Below, one piece after another: positions 18,156 to 28,679 of a stretch of DNA of 59,654 nt (its first letter is position 1; every line of letters begins with the position of its first letter). Below the pieces are notes generated by a model. That model ran no database searches. It saw only the letters and a program-made list of their open reading frames with translations, and had not been told where the DNA came from. Made by a program: the position numbers and the translations under genes. This stretch comes from a bacterium (GTDB lineage: Bacteria; Fidelibacterota; UBA2242). The stretch covers positions 1 through 59,654 of the forward strand of contig JAHJGX010000081.1 of assembly GCA_018824205.1 (NCBI GenBank). The letters run 5' to 3'.

Positions 18156-20207
18156 ATGAAATTGAAAGGATTATCGATGAAATACATTGTCCCATGCCTG
18201 TTATGTCTGCTTTTGGTAAGCAATTGCGGCCAAAGTGATTTTGCACAACGAAAAGCCATTGATCCTGCGAACATAGACGCCAGTGTCAGTCCGGGTGATG
18301 ATTTTTACCAGTTTGCCAACGGTACCTGGTTAAAGAAAAATCCCGTTCCCGATGATTATAGCCGTTACGGTTCTTTTGAAGAGTTGCGTGAAAAAAACCT
18401 CAAGGATCTGCGAACGGTTATGGAAAACGCCGCAAAAAATGAAAATCCAGTAAAAGGCTCCAACATTCAAAAAATTGGTGATTTTTATTCCAGCGGAATG
18501 AATACGGGAAAAATTGAGCAGAACAGTCTAACCCCAATTAAACCATATTTGGACCGGATTGAAGCAATTAATTCTTTGAATGACATTCAAAATATGATCG
18601 CTCTTTTGCATAAAATGAATATCACTCCCCTTTTTGACTTTTTTGCAGAGCAGGATTTTAAAAACAGTGAAATGAATATTGGCTGGTTTTATCAGGGTGG
18701 ACTTGGCCTGCCGGATCGTGATTATTATACCGATACCAGTCCGCAATCCGATGAGATACGCAAGGAGTATAAAACTCACCTGCAACGGATGTTTCAACTA
18801 CTCGGCGATTCCGAAGAACTTGCAAAAGCGAATGCTGAAACCGTTATGAAAATTGAAACCCGCCTGGCAAAATCCTCCATGACGCTGGTTGAACAACGGA
18901 ATCCGAAGCTTATCTATAATCCCATGTCACTGCAGGATTTTCAGCGCATGGCTGTTCAATATAACTGGGTTGGATATCTGAATCAAATGGGTGTCAATCC
19001 TTACGGCATATTGAATATTGCCCAGCCGAAGTTCTTTAAGGAGATCAGTGTTATGGTTCGTCAGATTCCGGTGAATGACTGGAAAACCTACCTGCGTTGG
19101 AATCTGGTTAATGAAACAGCCGCATATCTGAGTGCTGATTTCGAAAATGCCAACTTCGATTTTTACGGCAAGTTTTTATCCGGTACACTGGAGTTACAAC
19201 CTCGTTGGAAAAGAGTATTAAATACCACCAGTCAGTCACTGGGAGAAGCCGTCGGGCAAATATATGTGGAGAAATACTTTCCTTCCGAAGCAAAAAATCG
19301 GGCACTGGATCTCGTTTATAATCTTCAACACGCTTATGCAGAACGCATCAAGAACCTTGACTGGATGAGTGATGTCACCAAAGAAAAAGCGCTGGAGAAA
19401 CTGGATGCCTTTCGGGTCAAAATCGGTTATCCGGAGAAGTGGCTGGATTATTCAGATCTGATTATAAATCGTGATTCCTACGTCAATAATATCCTGAATG
19501 CCAACGCATTTGAGGTTCAAAGAACATTAAAGAAGATCAACAAACCGGTCGACATCACCGAATGGTATATGTCCCCGCAGACTGTGAATGCGTACTATAA
19601 TCCCGGGGTCAACGAAATTGTTTTTCCCGCAGCGATTCTTCAGCCACCATTTTTTAATTTTAAAGCCGACGATCCGGTAAATTATGGCGCCATCGGGGCT
19701 GTCATCGGACATGAAATGACGCACGGTTTTGACGATCAGGGCCGGCAATACGACAAAAACGGTAACCTGAATGACTGGTGGACCAAAGCGGACGAAGAAA
19801 AGTTTAATGAACGGACAAAATTAGTAATTGAACAGGCTGATAATTATACCGTGCTGGATACATTTAAGATAAACGGAAAATTGACTCTCGGTGAAAATAT
19901 TGCTGATCTGGGCGGACTTACAATCGCTTATGCGGCGCTGCAGATTGCAATGCAGGAAAATCCGGCCAAACCGGAAATTGACGGATTTACTCCGGAACAA
20001 CGCTTTTATCTTTCCTGGGCGCAGGTGTGGAGAACAAATATCCGAAGAGAAAATCAGCTGTTGCGTTTAAAAACCGACGTCCATTCGCCGGCAAAATACC
20101 GCACAAATGGACCTGTTTCAAACTTCCCGGAATTTCATAAAGCGTTCAATGTTAGCGAAGGGCAGAAACTCTATCGAAACATCGATGAGATCGCCAAAAT
20201 CTGGTAG
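18156..20207 (+). CDS. M13 family zinc metallopeptidase (PepO/neprilysin-like), lipoprotein
   Basis: HEMTHGFDDQG (HExxH) and GENIADLGG motifs. Lipobox LLVSNCG. The real start may be the internal MKYIV. Confidence 0.88.
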   Translation: MKLKGLSMKYIVPCLLCLLLVSNCGQSDFAQRKAIDPANIDASVSPGDDFYQFANGTWLKKNPVPDDYSRYGSFEELREKNLKDLRTVMENAAKNENPVKGSNIQKIGDFYSSGMNTGKIEQNSLTPIKPYLDRIEAINSLNDIQNMIALLHKMNITPLFDFFAEQDFKNSEMNIGWFYQGGLGLPDRDYYTDTSPQSDEIRKEYKTHLQRMFQLLGDSEELAKANAETVMKIETRLAKSSMTLVEQRNPKLIYNPMSLQDFQRMAVQYNWVGYLNQMGVNPYGILNIAQPKFFKEISVMVRQIPVNDWKTYLRWNLVNETAAYLSADFENANFDFYGKFLSGTLELQPRWKRVLNTTSQSLGEAVGQIYVEKYFPSEAKNRALDLVYNLQHAYAERIKNLDWMSDVTKEKALEKLDAFRVKIGYPEKWLDYSDLIINRDSYVNNILNANAFEVQRTLKKINKPVDITEWYMSPQTVNAYYNPGVNEIVFPAAILQPPFFNFKADDPVNYGAIGAVIGHEMTHGFDDQGRQYDKNGNLNDWWTKADEEKFNERTKLVIEQADNYTVLDTFKINGKLTLGENIADLGGLTIAYAALQIAMQENPAKPEIDGFTPEQRFYLSWAQVWRTNIRRENQLLRLKTDVHSPAKYRTNGPVSNFPEFHKAFNVSEGQKLYRNIDEIAKIW

Positions 20208-20228
20208 CTTATTTGATGCAAATAAAGA

Positions 20229-20264
20229 AGACTCCCGGACGATTTACTGTTCGGGAGTTTTTAT
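20229..20264. terminator. Terminator hairpin between convergent genes
   Basis: actcccg-N14-cgggagt followed by ttttatt. Confidence 0.6.
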
Positions 20265-20297
20265 TATTACTTTTTAAAATAGATTGAAAATGAGTCT

Positions 20298-22388
20298 TTA
20301 GCGCTTCGCGGCTTTTTTCGCTTTTACTTCCGCGACGACTTCTTCCTCAATAGATCTTGGCAATGGAGCATAATTTAAGAACTCCATCGAAAATGCAGCC
20401 CGGCCACTGGATATTGTCCGCAATGCCGACGCATAACCAAACATTTCCATCAATGGGACTGTTCCGGTCAGTTTCTGCGATCCTTTACGGTGCCGGCGCA
20501 TGTTTTCAATTTTTCCCCGGCGTCGGGTCACATCGCCAATCGCATCACCCATATATTCATCGGGTGTATTGATTTCGATTTTCATCACCGGTTCCAGCAA
20601 TTGTGGCGCGGCTTTATTGATCATTTCCCGAAGCGCCTTAATTGTGCAGATTTTAAATGCCATTTCACTGGAATCTACCGAGTGATAACTGCCGTCAATC
20701 AGGACAAACCGAACGTCCACCATAGGATAATCGGCATAAAGTCCGCGGTTCATGGCTTCCCGAAATGCTTTTTCAACGGATGGAATATATTCCCGCGGTA
20801 TATTTCCGCCTTTAACCAGATCAAGAAATTCAAGACCGTTTCTATCGTTCGGTTCCAGCCGAAATACAATATGAGCAAACTGTCCTTTACCACCGGTCTG
20901 CTTTTTATACTTATAATTATATTCAACTTCCCGGGTAATTGACTCGCGAAACGCTACGGCTGGCTTACCAACATTGACATCCACTTTATGTTCTGTTTTC
21001 AGGCGATCGACGATTACTTCCAGATGCAGCTCGCCCATTCCGGAAATAACGGTTTCCTCAGTCTCTTCATCATAATGCACTTTAAATGATGGGTCTTCTA
21101 ATGCCATTTTACTCAAAGCAATAGACAGGCGATCACGTTCCTTTTTTGAATCCGGTTCAATTTTCATATCCAGAACAGTTTCGGGATATTGAATATTTTC
21201 CAGTAATACCGGATCTGCTTCATCGCACAACGTATCACCGGTTGTAGTGTATTTGATTCCGATTAACGCGCCAATATCACCGGCTCTTAATATTTTCACT
21301 TCCTGACGATCATTCGCATGAATTCGTAAAATACGACCAATGCGTTCCTTTTTACCTTTGGTTGAATTCAGCACATAACTGCCCACTTCCAGTTCACCGG
21401 AATAGACCCTGATAAATGTCTGCTGACCAACGTATGCATCATTCGTAATTTTAAACGCAAGTGCCGAAAACGGTCGTTTATACGAAGGTTTTCGAGATAA
21501 AACGATTTCCGGATGATGAATATCCACACCGGTAATAATTCCACGGTCAATAGGTGACGGTAAATAATCGACTACCGCATCCAGTAACAGCCGTACACCT
21601 TTATTCTTGAAGGCTGCCCCGCAGAAAACCGGCGTTACACAAAGAGCAAGTACGGCATGACGGGCAGCTGTCTTTATATCTTCTTCCGTAATTTTTTCTT
21701 CAGCGAGATATTTTTCCATCAACGGTTCATCAAAATCAGCCAATTTTTCAATCATCATTTCCCGGTATTTGGCCGCCCGCTGTTGATATTCCTCAGGAAT
21801 ATCAGCAACTATCATGTCAAGATCCCGGTATGTTATAGATTTCATGGAAATCAAATCGATAACACCTTTGAAATCCGCTTCACTGCCGATTGGTAATTGA
21901 AACAGGACCGCATTTGCACCGAGCATTTCATTCATTTGCTCGACAGTATGAAAAACGTCTGCACCTTGACGGTCCATTTTGTTAATGAACGCAATCCGGG
22001 GAACTTTATACCGGTCAGCCTGATGCCAGACGGTTTCGCTCTGAGGTTCAACGCCACCGACAGCACAGAATACCATAATAATTCCATCCAAAACACGCAA
22101 TGACCGTTCAACTTCCAGTGTAAAGTCAATATGTCCGGGTGTGTCAATGAGGTTGATCTGGTGCTTTTTCCACTCGGTGGTAATTGCCGCAGAGGTGATC
22201 GTAATACCGCGTTCCTGTTCCTGCTTCATAAAATCCATAACAGCCTGACCATCATGAACTTCACCGATTTTATGAGTTATTCCTGTAAAAAATAAAATCC
22301 GTTCACTGGTCGTCGTTTTACCAGCGTCGATATGGGCAACGATTCCGATATTTCGGATTCGTTGTATTTCAGCATTTTCCATTCGCAA
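20298..22388 (-). CDS. Elongation factor G paralog (stand-alone, not in an str operon)
   Basis: [19 protein letters not shown] and [10 protein letters not shown]. 696 aa. Confidence 0.88.
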   Translation of the reverse strand: MRMENAEIQRIRNIGIVAHIDAGKTTTSERILFFTGITHKIGEVHDGQAVMDFMKQEQERGITITSAAITTEWKKHQINLIDTPGHIDFTLEVERSLRVLDGIIMVFCAVGGVEPQSETVWHQADRYKVPRIAFINKMDRQGADVFHTVEQMNEMLGANAVLFQLPIGSEADFKGVIDLISMKSITYRDLDMIVADIPEEYQQRAAKYREMMIEKLADFDEPLMEKYLAEEKITEEDIKTAARHAVLALCVTPVFCGAAFKNKGVRLLLDAVVDYLPSPIDRGIITGVDIHHPEIVLSRKPSYKRPFSALAFKITNDAYVGQQTFIRVYSGELEVGSYVLNSTKGKKERIGRILRIHANDRQEVKILRAGDIGALIGIKYTTTGDTLCDEADPVLLENIQYPETVLDMKIEPDSKKERDRLSIALSKMALEDPSFKVHYDEETEETVISGMGELHLEVIVDRLKTEHKVDVNVGKPAVAFRESITREVEYNYKYKKQTGGKGQFAHIVFRLEPNDRNGLEFLDLVKGGNIPREYIPSVEKAFREAMNRGLYADYPMVDVRFVLIDGSYHSVDSSEMAFKICTIKALREMINKAAPQLLEPVMKIEINTPDEYMGDAIGDVTRRRGKIENMRRHRKGSQKLTGTVPLMEMFGYASALRTISSGRAAFSMEFLNYAPLPRSIEEEVVAEVKAKKAAKR

Positions 22389-22475
22389 TACTCCTAAATT
22401 TAAACGAGCCGCAAATATAACGGCTTTTTCAGTAATTACAAACTGTTATTTATTGATCGTTAGGAAATAAAAAGG

Positions 22476-23027
22476 TTACTTGTCAGGCGAATAAAATTTT
22501 CGAATTTCATCCAACGTTCGACGCTTCCGCTCTTTTCGATACTGTGGGTCCAGTGGATATCCCATACTGATCAAAATATCAATTTTAGCAGAACGCGGTA
22601 ACTTCAACGCTCTTCTAACCCCCCTGGCACTAAACCAGCCCAGCCAGCATGTTCCCAATCCCAGTTCCTCTGCCTGAAGAACCAGATGTTCACAAGCGAT
22701 GCCGATATCGATCAGACTGTATTTAATATTTCGGATCAGGTTTCCCATCCGGGTAACATAATCCGCCTTCTCAGTGACCACCACAATCAGCACCGGCGCT
22801 TTTCCGGCAAATTGGGTACTTTTATATATTCCCGAAAAGGCCTTCTCTGAAACTGATGCTATTTGTTTTGGGTCATCGAGAACGATAAATGACCAGGGTT
22901 GTGAATTTCTGGCTGAGGGCGCCAGGCGGGCTGCTTCAATACATTTATCAATTAAATCCCGTTTAACCTGCTTTTCGGAATATTTTCGGGTAGATTGTCG
23001 CTGATTTATTAAATCTGTAAAATCCAT
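22476..23027 (-). CDS. Nitroreductase family protein
   Basis: RQSTRKYS .. ARLAPSARNSQPW motifs. 183 aa. Confidence 0.75.
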   Translation of the reverse strand: MDFTDLINQRQSTRKYSEKQVKRDLIDKCIEAARLAPSARNSQPWSFIVLDDPKQIASVSEKAFSGIYKSTQFAGKAPVLIVVVTEKADYVTRMGNLIRNIKYSLIDIGIACEHLVLQAEELGLGTCWLGWFSARGVRRALKLPRSAKIDILISMGYPLDPQYRKERKRRTLDEIRKFYSPDK

Positions 23028-23034
23028 TTGATTA

Positions 23035-24741
23035 TTAATCCGCTAATAGTTCCCGGGCCTGTTTAAGTGTTGTGTCCGTAACTTTTGTCCCGCCGATAAG
23101 GGATGCAATTTCAGTAACCCGCTCTTCGTGATCAAGTTGGTCTATATTTGTCTGGCTACGACCACCACCAGATTGTTTATAAACCTTATAATGGTAATTA
23201 CCCAGCCCGGCAATTTGTGGCAAATGAGTTATACAGATCACCTGATGCATATCGGAAAGTTTTTTTAATTGCCACCCAACTATCTGTGCCACCTTTCCGG
23301 ATATGCCGGTATCGATTTCATCAAATATGACTACCGGAATCTGATCTTTACCAGCCATAATCGATTTCATTGCCAGCATAATCCGGGATACTTCTCCACC
23401 TGATACAATGTCAATCAAGGGTCTTAACGGTTCACCGGGATTTGTGCTGATCATAAACACAATCCGGTCAATTCCGGATGCATCACACCGTATCTGTTTT
23501 CCGTTAACAGCCACCCAACCGCTGCTGGATTCAACTTGCTCAATTGCGACTTGAAACTGACTGCCCGCAATACCCAGTTTAGAGAGTGTCTGGATAAGCT
23601 CTGTTTCAAATTTCGTGGCTGTTTGGTTCCGTATTTCTGATAATTTCAATGCCTGATCAGCATATCGCTTTTTGGCTATTTCAATCTCTTTTTCAATTTT
23701 TATAATTTCGTTATCAAGCCCGTCATCCTCATCGAGATATGTTTCAATTTTTGTTTTATAATCGATAATTTCCTGAATACTGGGGGCATATTTTTTCATT
23801 AACTGCTGCAATGAGTAAAGTCGTTGGCTGACATTTTCAGCCTGATCAGGATCAAACTGAATGTTCCTAATATAATTTGTCAGATGCTTTGACAAATCCT
23901 GAATGGCAAACTGCATTTCCTCAAACCGGGTCAATTCTTCGATAAATTCGGGATCGATAGCGTTAAGTGTATCAAGTTTTTTATTAATATCCAGAACTTG
24001 CTGATAGAGAGTATTTTCTTCGGCTTCGTATAATGAATTTATCAACTCTACTGAGATTGCGTTGATTTTTTCAGAATTATCAAGAATTGCCTTTTCTTTC
24101 AACAGCTGTTCGTATTCACCATCAACCGGATCAACTTTATTGATTTCATTCAACTGAAATTCCCACAGTGCCCGTTTTTCCCGGTTCAGGTTCCGTTTTT
24201 CCATTAGTAATGTATATTTTTCAATCAGACGGCTCAATGCATAATAGGCATCATGCACCTTTTCAAGCAGATCACTGTAATTCCCGTATGCATCCAGGAA
24301 TTCAATATGGTTTTCATCACGCAGTAGCGACTGATGATCATGCTGACCGTGCAAATCAACCAGCAGATCGCCTGCAATTTTCAGAATATTGATCGGACAT
24401 TGTGTCTCGTTAATCCAGGCTTTTGAGCGACCGTTGATATTGAGTTCGCGTCTAAGCCTCAGCTCTCCATTCAGCGGATTAATATCGTTTTGTCGAAGGA
24501 ATTGGATGACCGGGTGCTTATTACCAAGGTCGGAAAAAATGCATTCAATTATTGAGTTGCTGGCTCCCGCCCTAATCATTGATGGATTTGCTTTTTCACC
24601 GAGTGCCAGGTTTAACGCATCAATGATAATCGATTTTCCGGCACCGGTTTCTCCGGTGATTACGGAAAATCCTTTGTAAAAGTCAACAGATAATTGGTCG
24701 ATAATTGCAAAACCGGTGATCTTAAGACTCTTTAAACCCAT
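23035..24741 (-). CDS. recN: DNA repair protein RecN
   Basis: ITGETGAGKSIIIDAL Walker A and SGGEVSRIMLAMK signature. 568 aa with a coiled-coil centre. Confidence 0.9.
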   Translation of the reverse strand: MGLKSLKITGFAIIDQLSVDFYKGFSVITGETGAGKSIIIDALNLALGEKANPSMIRAGASNSIIECIFSDLGNKHPVIQFLRQNDINPLNGELRLRRELNINGRSKAWINETQCPINILKIAGDLLVDLHGQHDHQSLLRDENHIEFLDAYGNYSDLLEKVHDAYYALSRLIEKYTLLMEKRNLNREKRALWEFQLNEINKVDPVDGEYEQLLKEKAILDNSEKINAISVELINSLYEAEENTLYQQVLDINKKLDTLNAIDPEFIEELTRFEEMQFAIQDLSKHLTNYIRNIQFDPDQAENVSQRLYSLQQLMKKYAPSIQEIIDYKTKIETYLDEDDGLDNEIIKIEKEIEIAKKRYADQALKLSEIRNQTATKFETELIQTLSKLGIAGSQFQVAIEQVESSSGWVAVNGKQIRCDASGIDRIVFMISTNPGEPLRPLIDIVSGGEVSRIMLAMKSIMAGKDQIPVVIFDEIDTGISGKVAQIVGWQLKKLSDMHQVICITHLPQIAGLGNYHYKVYKQSGGGRSQTNIDQLDHEERVTEIASLIGGTKVTDTTLKQARELLAD

Positions 24742-24758
24742 ATTCTCTTTTCTGAATT

Positions 24759-25166
24759 CTACTTATGAGATGAGTGCTGAAAAAGCATCTCATCCTCAGG
24801 ATTATAATACTTAATTATTTTCGAAAATAAAAATATACCGAGTACAACTCCCAAAACATCCACTGAAAAATCGCCAAAACTGCAATCTCTTCCAATCACA
24901 TACAGCTGATGTATTTCATCAGTTACCGCATACAGTATTCCTGTAAGCATACTGACCACAAAGGCATTTCTCAAGATATATGGCGATTTCGTGTGCGTAT
25001 ATGCCAGCAGCAAGGTCATTCCATATACTAAATATTCAATAAAATGTAAAACCTTATCAAAGCCTTTAATGTGTATCGGCGGAAGTTCACTCTGCGGCAA
25101 GGAGGAGAGAAAAAATATCAACATACTATATAGTATCGCCGGTAGTTTATACAGATGTCTGGACAC
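24759..25166 (-). CDS. VanZ family membrane protein
   Basis: DKVLHFIEY and TDEIHQ motifs, 4 TM, 135 aa. Confidence 0.65.
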   Translation of the reverse strand: MSRHLYKLPAILYSMLIFFLSSLPQSELPPIHIKGFDKVLHFIEYLVYGMTLLLAYTHTKSPYILRNAFVVSMLTGILYAVTDEIHQLYVIGRDCSFGDFSVDVLGVVLGIFLFSKIIKYYNPEDEMLFQHSSHK

Positions 25167-26722
25167 TATTGAACCTTTTCATATTCTTTGAGAATTCCTG
25201 GAATATAAGTTAATAAATCGCCGGCGATTAAGCCACGAATTCCATAATCATTACGACCGAGATCACCGGCTAATCCATGAATGAATACGGCGCTGATGGC
25301 AGCATCGAAAGACGTCATTTTTTGGGCCCGCAAACCGGCAATCAAACCCGTCAGAACATCGCCGGTTCCACCTGTGGCAAGTCCCGGATTACCGGAGCTG
25401 TTCACTCCCACTTCCCCATCCGGAGAAACAACAATGGTCGGTGCCCCTTTCAGCACAAGGGTACACGGATGTTCCAGCACAAATTCCCGAGCAATGTCAA
25501 TAATGTTTGCTTTTATATCTGCAATTTTGTATCCCGAAAGCATCGCAAATTCACCCAGATGTGGCGTGATTATCAAATCATTAATTTTATTTATCAGATC
25601 AAGATTACCATGAAATACACGCAGTCCGTCGGCATCCATAATTATCGGCTTGATGACGGATTGCAGCAAATCAATTCCAAAATCACGAACCTCATCATTA
25701 GAAGATACTCCCGGTCCAAAAACAATCACATCACTCCAGTCGATTCGGTCCCTGGCAGCTGGAAGGGAGTTCGGGCAAAATGTACCAAACTTCGATTCCG
25801 GTAATGGAAGCGTTAAGGTTTCAGTGGTTTTTATTTCCATGACCGGATTCAGACCCGCTGGTACTGCGCTAATCACCAGCCCGGCTCCGCTTCGAAGAGC
25901 CGCCTGTGAAACCAGATATGCAGCTCCGGTCATCCCCGTTGATCCGGCAAAAATGAGCACTTTCCCCTGCTGGTGTTTATAAGTATCGTCAAAAATAGCC
26001 GGGATCCGGTTCAGGATTATTTGCTTCTCAATGAGGTAAGTTTCGTGTTCCAGTACTTTAAATGACTGTAACGGATATTTGAGATCTGCCAGCACAATAT
26101 CACCTGCTAACCGCTTGCCCGGTTGAAACATAAGTCCCCGTTTCAGAAATCCCATTGTCACAGTCCGGGTTGCCTGAACAGCAACTCCTCCCGTTTGAGC
26201 CGTATCACCGCTTACACCCGATGGAATATCGACCGATATTACCGGACATTTTGAGGCATTTATCAACTCAATCAACTGCCGGATAATACCCCGTACCTCA
26301 CCTTTAAACCCGGTTCCCAGCAATGCATCTATTATCAGATCGCTTTCCGCTATCTGTTTGACAGTGGGTAGGTCTGTCTGTTCAACGATGCTGATTATCC
26401 GGATAGGCTTATCAACACATTTTTTAAAAAAATGTAAGGCGTCTCCGGCAATTTTCTCCGGAGCGCCTGCAAGCCAGATGATAACCGTCACACCCCACTC
26501 AGACAGCTGCCGGGCAGCTACGAAACCGTCCCCGCCATTGTTACCGGCTCCACAAAATATAGCCACATGACTGCCGGGTACATGTTTCAGAATTTTTTTC
26601 GCTTTCATCGATATAAACGAACCTGCTCGCTGCATTAACTCGATACCCGGTATTCCAAGAGTATCGATTGCATAGCGATCAACCATTTGGGCTTCGGCAT
26701 TATTTAGAATGAATTCTTTCAT
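25166..26722 (-). CDS. nnr: Bifunctional NAD(P)H-hydrate repair enzyme (epimerase + ADP-dependent dehydratase)
   Basis: GAGNNGGDGFVAAR (YjeF-N) and GGTGDVLTG (carbohydrate-kinase domain). I placed the start at the internal MKEFILNNAEAQ (26722) rather than at the track's 26806. Confidence 0.85.
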   Translation of the reverse strand: MKEFILNNAEAQMVDRYAIDTLGIPGIELMQRAGSFISMKAKKILKHVPGSHVAIFCGAGNNGGDGFVAARQLSEWGVTVIIWLAGAPEKIAGDALHFFKKCVDKPIRIISIVEQTDLPTVKQIAESDLIIDALLGTGFKGEVRGIIRQLIELINASKCPVISVDIPSGVSGDTAQTGGVAVQATRTVTMGFLKRGLMFQPGKRLAGDIVLADLKYPLQSFKVLEHETYLIEKQIILNRIPAIFDDTYKHQQGKVLIFAGSTGMTGAAYLVSQAALRSGAGLVISAVPAGLNPVMEIKTTETLTLPLPESKFGTFCPNSLPAARDRIDWSDVIVFGPGVSSNDEVRDFGIDLLQSVIKPIIMDADGLRVFHGNLDLINKINDLIITPHLGEFAMLSGYKIADIKANIIDIAREFVLEHPCTLVLKGAPTIVVSPDGEVGVNSSGNPGLATGGTGDVLTGLIAGLRAQKMTSFDAAISAVFIHGLAGDLGRNDYGIRGLIAGDLLTYIPGILKEYEKVQ

Positions 26723-26821
26723 GAGCGTGTCTGATGATTTAATAGTGATGTTATTCTCTATTCCTTGATTCCGTATAAAAATAAGGAGAAATCCCAATTC
26801 ATGCAATGATCATTCTAAAAT

Positions 26822-26855
26822 AAAAAAGGGTGAGATTGCTCTTACCCTTTTTTTC
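26822..26855. terminator. Rho-independent terminator 3' of the TPR gene
   Basis: aaaaaagggtgag-N4-ctcttaccctttttt. Confidence 0.7.
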
Positions 26856-26870
26856 AAATCCAGTGATTTT

Positions 26871-28172
26871 TTACTGTACAGTTTTTAATTCATATTCCGC
26901 AACGGCTTTCCATTTCGGATCACGGGCTGCAATTTGAAATGCTTGTTTAGCGGCGGTGCGGTTGCCTACACAGCGTTCGGCAATTCCTAATTCGATTAAT
27001 ACCGGCGCCCAATTCGGTTTCACCTTGAGTGCTTCCTGAGCTATTTCTTTCGCTTTATCACATTTACCGATATTATTATACGCCTGTGATAAGCGATATT
27101 GGCTATTGTAATCTCTCGGATTTAATTCCACTGCTTTGCCTAAACTGGAAACGGCTTCGTTATACTTTTTCTGTTCAATATAAATCGCGCCCATATTAGC
27201 GTATGCAGAGGCATAGCCCGGATCCAGTTTAATTACCTCTTTATAGGCCGGAATCGCATCATCATATTGCTTTGTGTGTTTATAGACGTTACCAATATTT
27301 TTCCAGGCATCAACATATTCCGGATCCAGATCAATTGCTTTTCTAAACGAATTTACGGCTCCGGCCACATCATTTATGCCCGTATAGATTTTACCTTTCA
27401 CCAAGTGTGCTTTAGTGTATTCCGGATCGTATTCAATGCTTTTTTTAATTGCAACCAGAGCTTCCGCGGTATTCTTATCATCCAGATAGACAACTGCTGA
27501 ATAATAATAGGCCAGCGGATCTTCAGGGTTCAGACTGATCGCCTGTTTAAATTTTTCCAGTGCAGCTGCATAACTTTTACGCTGCATCAACTGGATTCCA
27601 TCCTGAATGTACATGCGGGTAATCGATTCGAACTCTTTTTTGTAACTTTCATTTTCCGGGTCCTTTTCAATCGCCTTCCGGAAGTTTTCCGCAGCGCCTT
27701 CCAGATCGTCAATGCGGATACATACCCGGCCAAGATCAATATAGGCATTAATGAAATTTGGGTTTTCTTTAATGATTTCCCGATAGACCTTTTTTGCACC
27801 TTCGTAATCAGCACTGATATAAAGGCGTGATCCTTCGGTTAATTTGCTGGCAAAGGTAGCCATTTCATTACGTGTATCACGATATTCCTGGTTCCGAAGG
27901 TCCATCTCGAGTGCCTTGTCGATCAGTTTTCTTGCTTTATCCAAATCACCAAGTTTATAATATATTTTTCCCAGCAGAAATATGGCGGCGTTATTTTCCT
28001 GATCTTGTTCCACAACAGGTTCCACAAGTGCTTTTGCTTCCCGGTACTTCCCGGTGTTCAGCAGGTCGGTTGCTTCACTGATCCTGTTTGAAGTCTGTCC
28101 AAATATAAACGAAGAAAACAGCAGGCAGCTTACTGTGATCATTAGGATTTTTTTTCTTGTCACTAATTTCAT
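26871..28172 (-). CDS. Tetratricopeptide (TPR) repeat protein, secreted
   Basis: 433 aa, signal peptide, about 10 TPR-like 34-aa repeats (..A...Y..A..L.P.. pattern). Confidence 0.75.
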   Translation of the reverse strand: MKLVTRKKILMITVSCLLFSSFIFGQTSNRISEATDLLNTGKYREAKALVEPVVEQDQENNAAIFLLGKIYYKLGDLDKARKLIDKALEMDLRNQEYRDTRNEMATFASKLTEGSRLYISADYEGAKKVYREIIKENPNFINAYIDLGRVCIRIDDLEGAAENFRKAIEKDPENESYKKEFESITRMYIQDGIQLMQRKSYAAALEKFKQAISLNPEDPLAYYYSAVVYLDDKNTAEALVAIKKSIEYDPEYTKAHLVKGKIYTGINDVAGAVNSFRKAIDLDPEYVDAWKNIGNVYKHTKQYDDAIPAYKEVIKLDPGYASAYANMGAIYIEQKKYNEAVSSLGKAVELNPRDYNSQYRLSQAYNNIGKCDKAKEIAQEALKVKPNWAPVLIELGIAERCVGNRTAAKQAFQIAARDPKWKAVAEYELKTVQ

Positions 28173-28202
28173 TGTTATCCTCTTATTTTCATTAGATTAT
28201 CG

Positions 28203-28286
28203 TGCCGAAGACGGGACTCGAACCCGTACAGGCTACCGCCCACATGGCCCTCAACCATGCGTGTCTACCAATTCCACCACCTCGGC
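28203..28286 (-). tRNA. tRNA-Leu (anticodon GAG), class II with a long variable arm; CCA not encoded
   Basis: Minus strand reads GCCGAGGTGGTGGAATTGGTAGACACGCATGGTTGAGGGCCATGTGGGCGGTAGCCTGTACGGGTTCGAGTCCCGTCTTCGGCA. The acceptor stem pairs with one G-U. The anticodon loop is TTGAGGG, the T-arm is ACGGG-TTCGAGT-CCCGT and the discriminator is A. Confidence 0.93.
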
Positions 28287-28325
28287 AATTTTCCGAACAT
28301 CAAAAAACAGTTATTGCTTTGTTTT

Positions 28326-28679
28326 TTATTCTGTTACAGGCAGTTCTGAGGGACCTTCATCTTCAAAAGTACCGGCAGGGACCGGCAGATTTGCTGAAGG
28401 AGCCACCCGTTTATCTGCTTCACGTTTGATAATGCTCGTCGCATCGCCACGTGGAGCGGACATCAAACCAATTAAAATTGAGATTACGAAAAATGCAACT
28501 GCAAGTCCGGATGTCAACTTTGATAAAAATGTCGCCGCTTCACGACCTCCGAACAGCGAGCTGCTTCCGCCGCCACCGAAAGTACCGGATAAGCCGCCAC
28601 CCTTGCTGGATTGCATCAAAATTGTCAATGTCAGTAACAATGATACCAAAACATGAATGATTATTAAAAATGTATACAC
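28326..28679 (-). CDS. secG: Preprotein translocase subunit SecG
   Basis: GTG start. IIIHVLVSLLLTLTILMQSSKGGGLSGTFGGGGS. 117 aa. Confidence 0.85.
   Translation of the reverse strand: MYTFLIIIHVLVSLLLTLTILMQSSKGGGLSGTFGGGGSSSLFGGREAATFLSKLTSGLAVAFFVISILIGLMSAPRGDATSIIKREADKRVAPSANLPVPAGTFEDEGPSELPVTE

Noticed and set aside
26723-26806. N-terminal 28-aa extension of nnr in the track ORF (MHELGFLLIFIRNQG..)
   Set aside because: The conserved YjeF-N domain begins right after the internal MKEFILNNAEAQ, and the extension has no homologous counterpart that I recognise. The same reasoning applies to the rsmE extension 37616..37690, which would overlap the upstream OMP gene.
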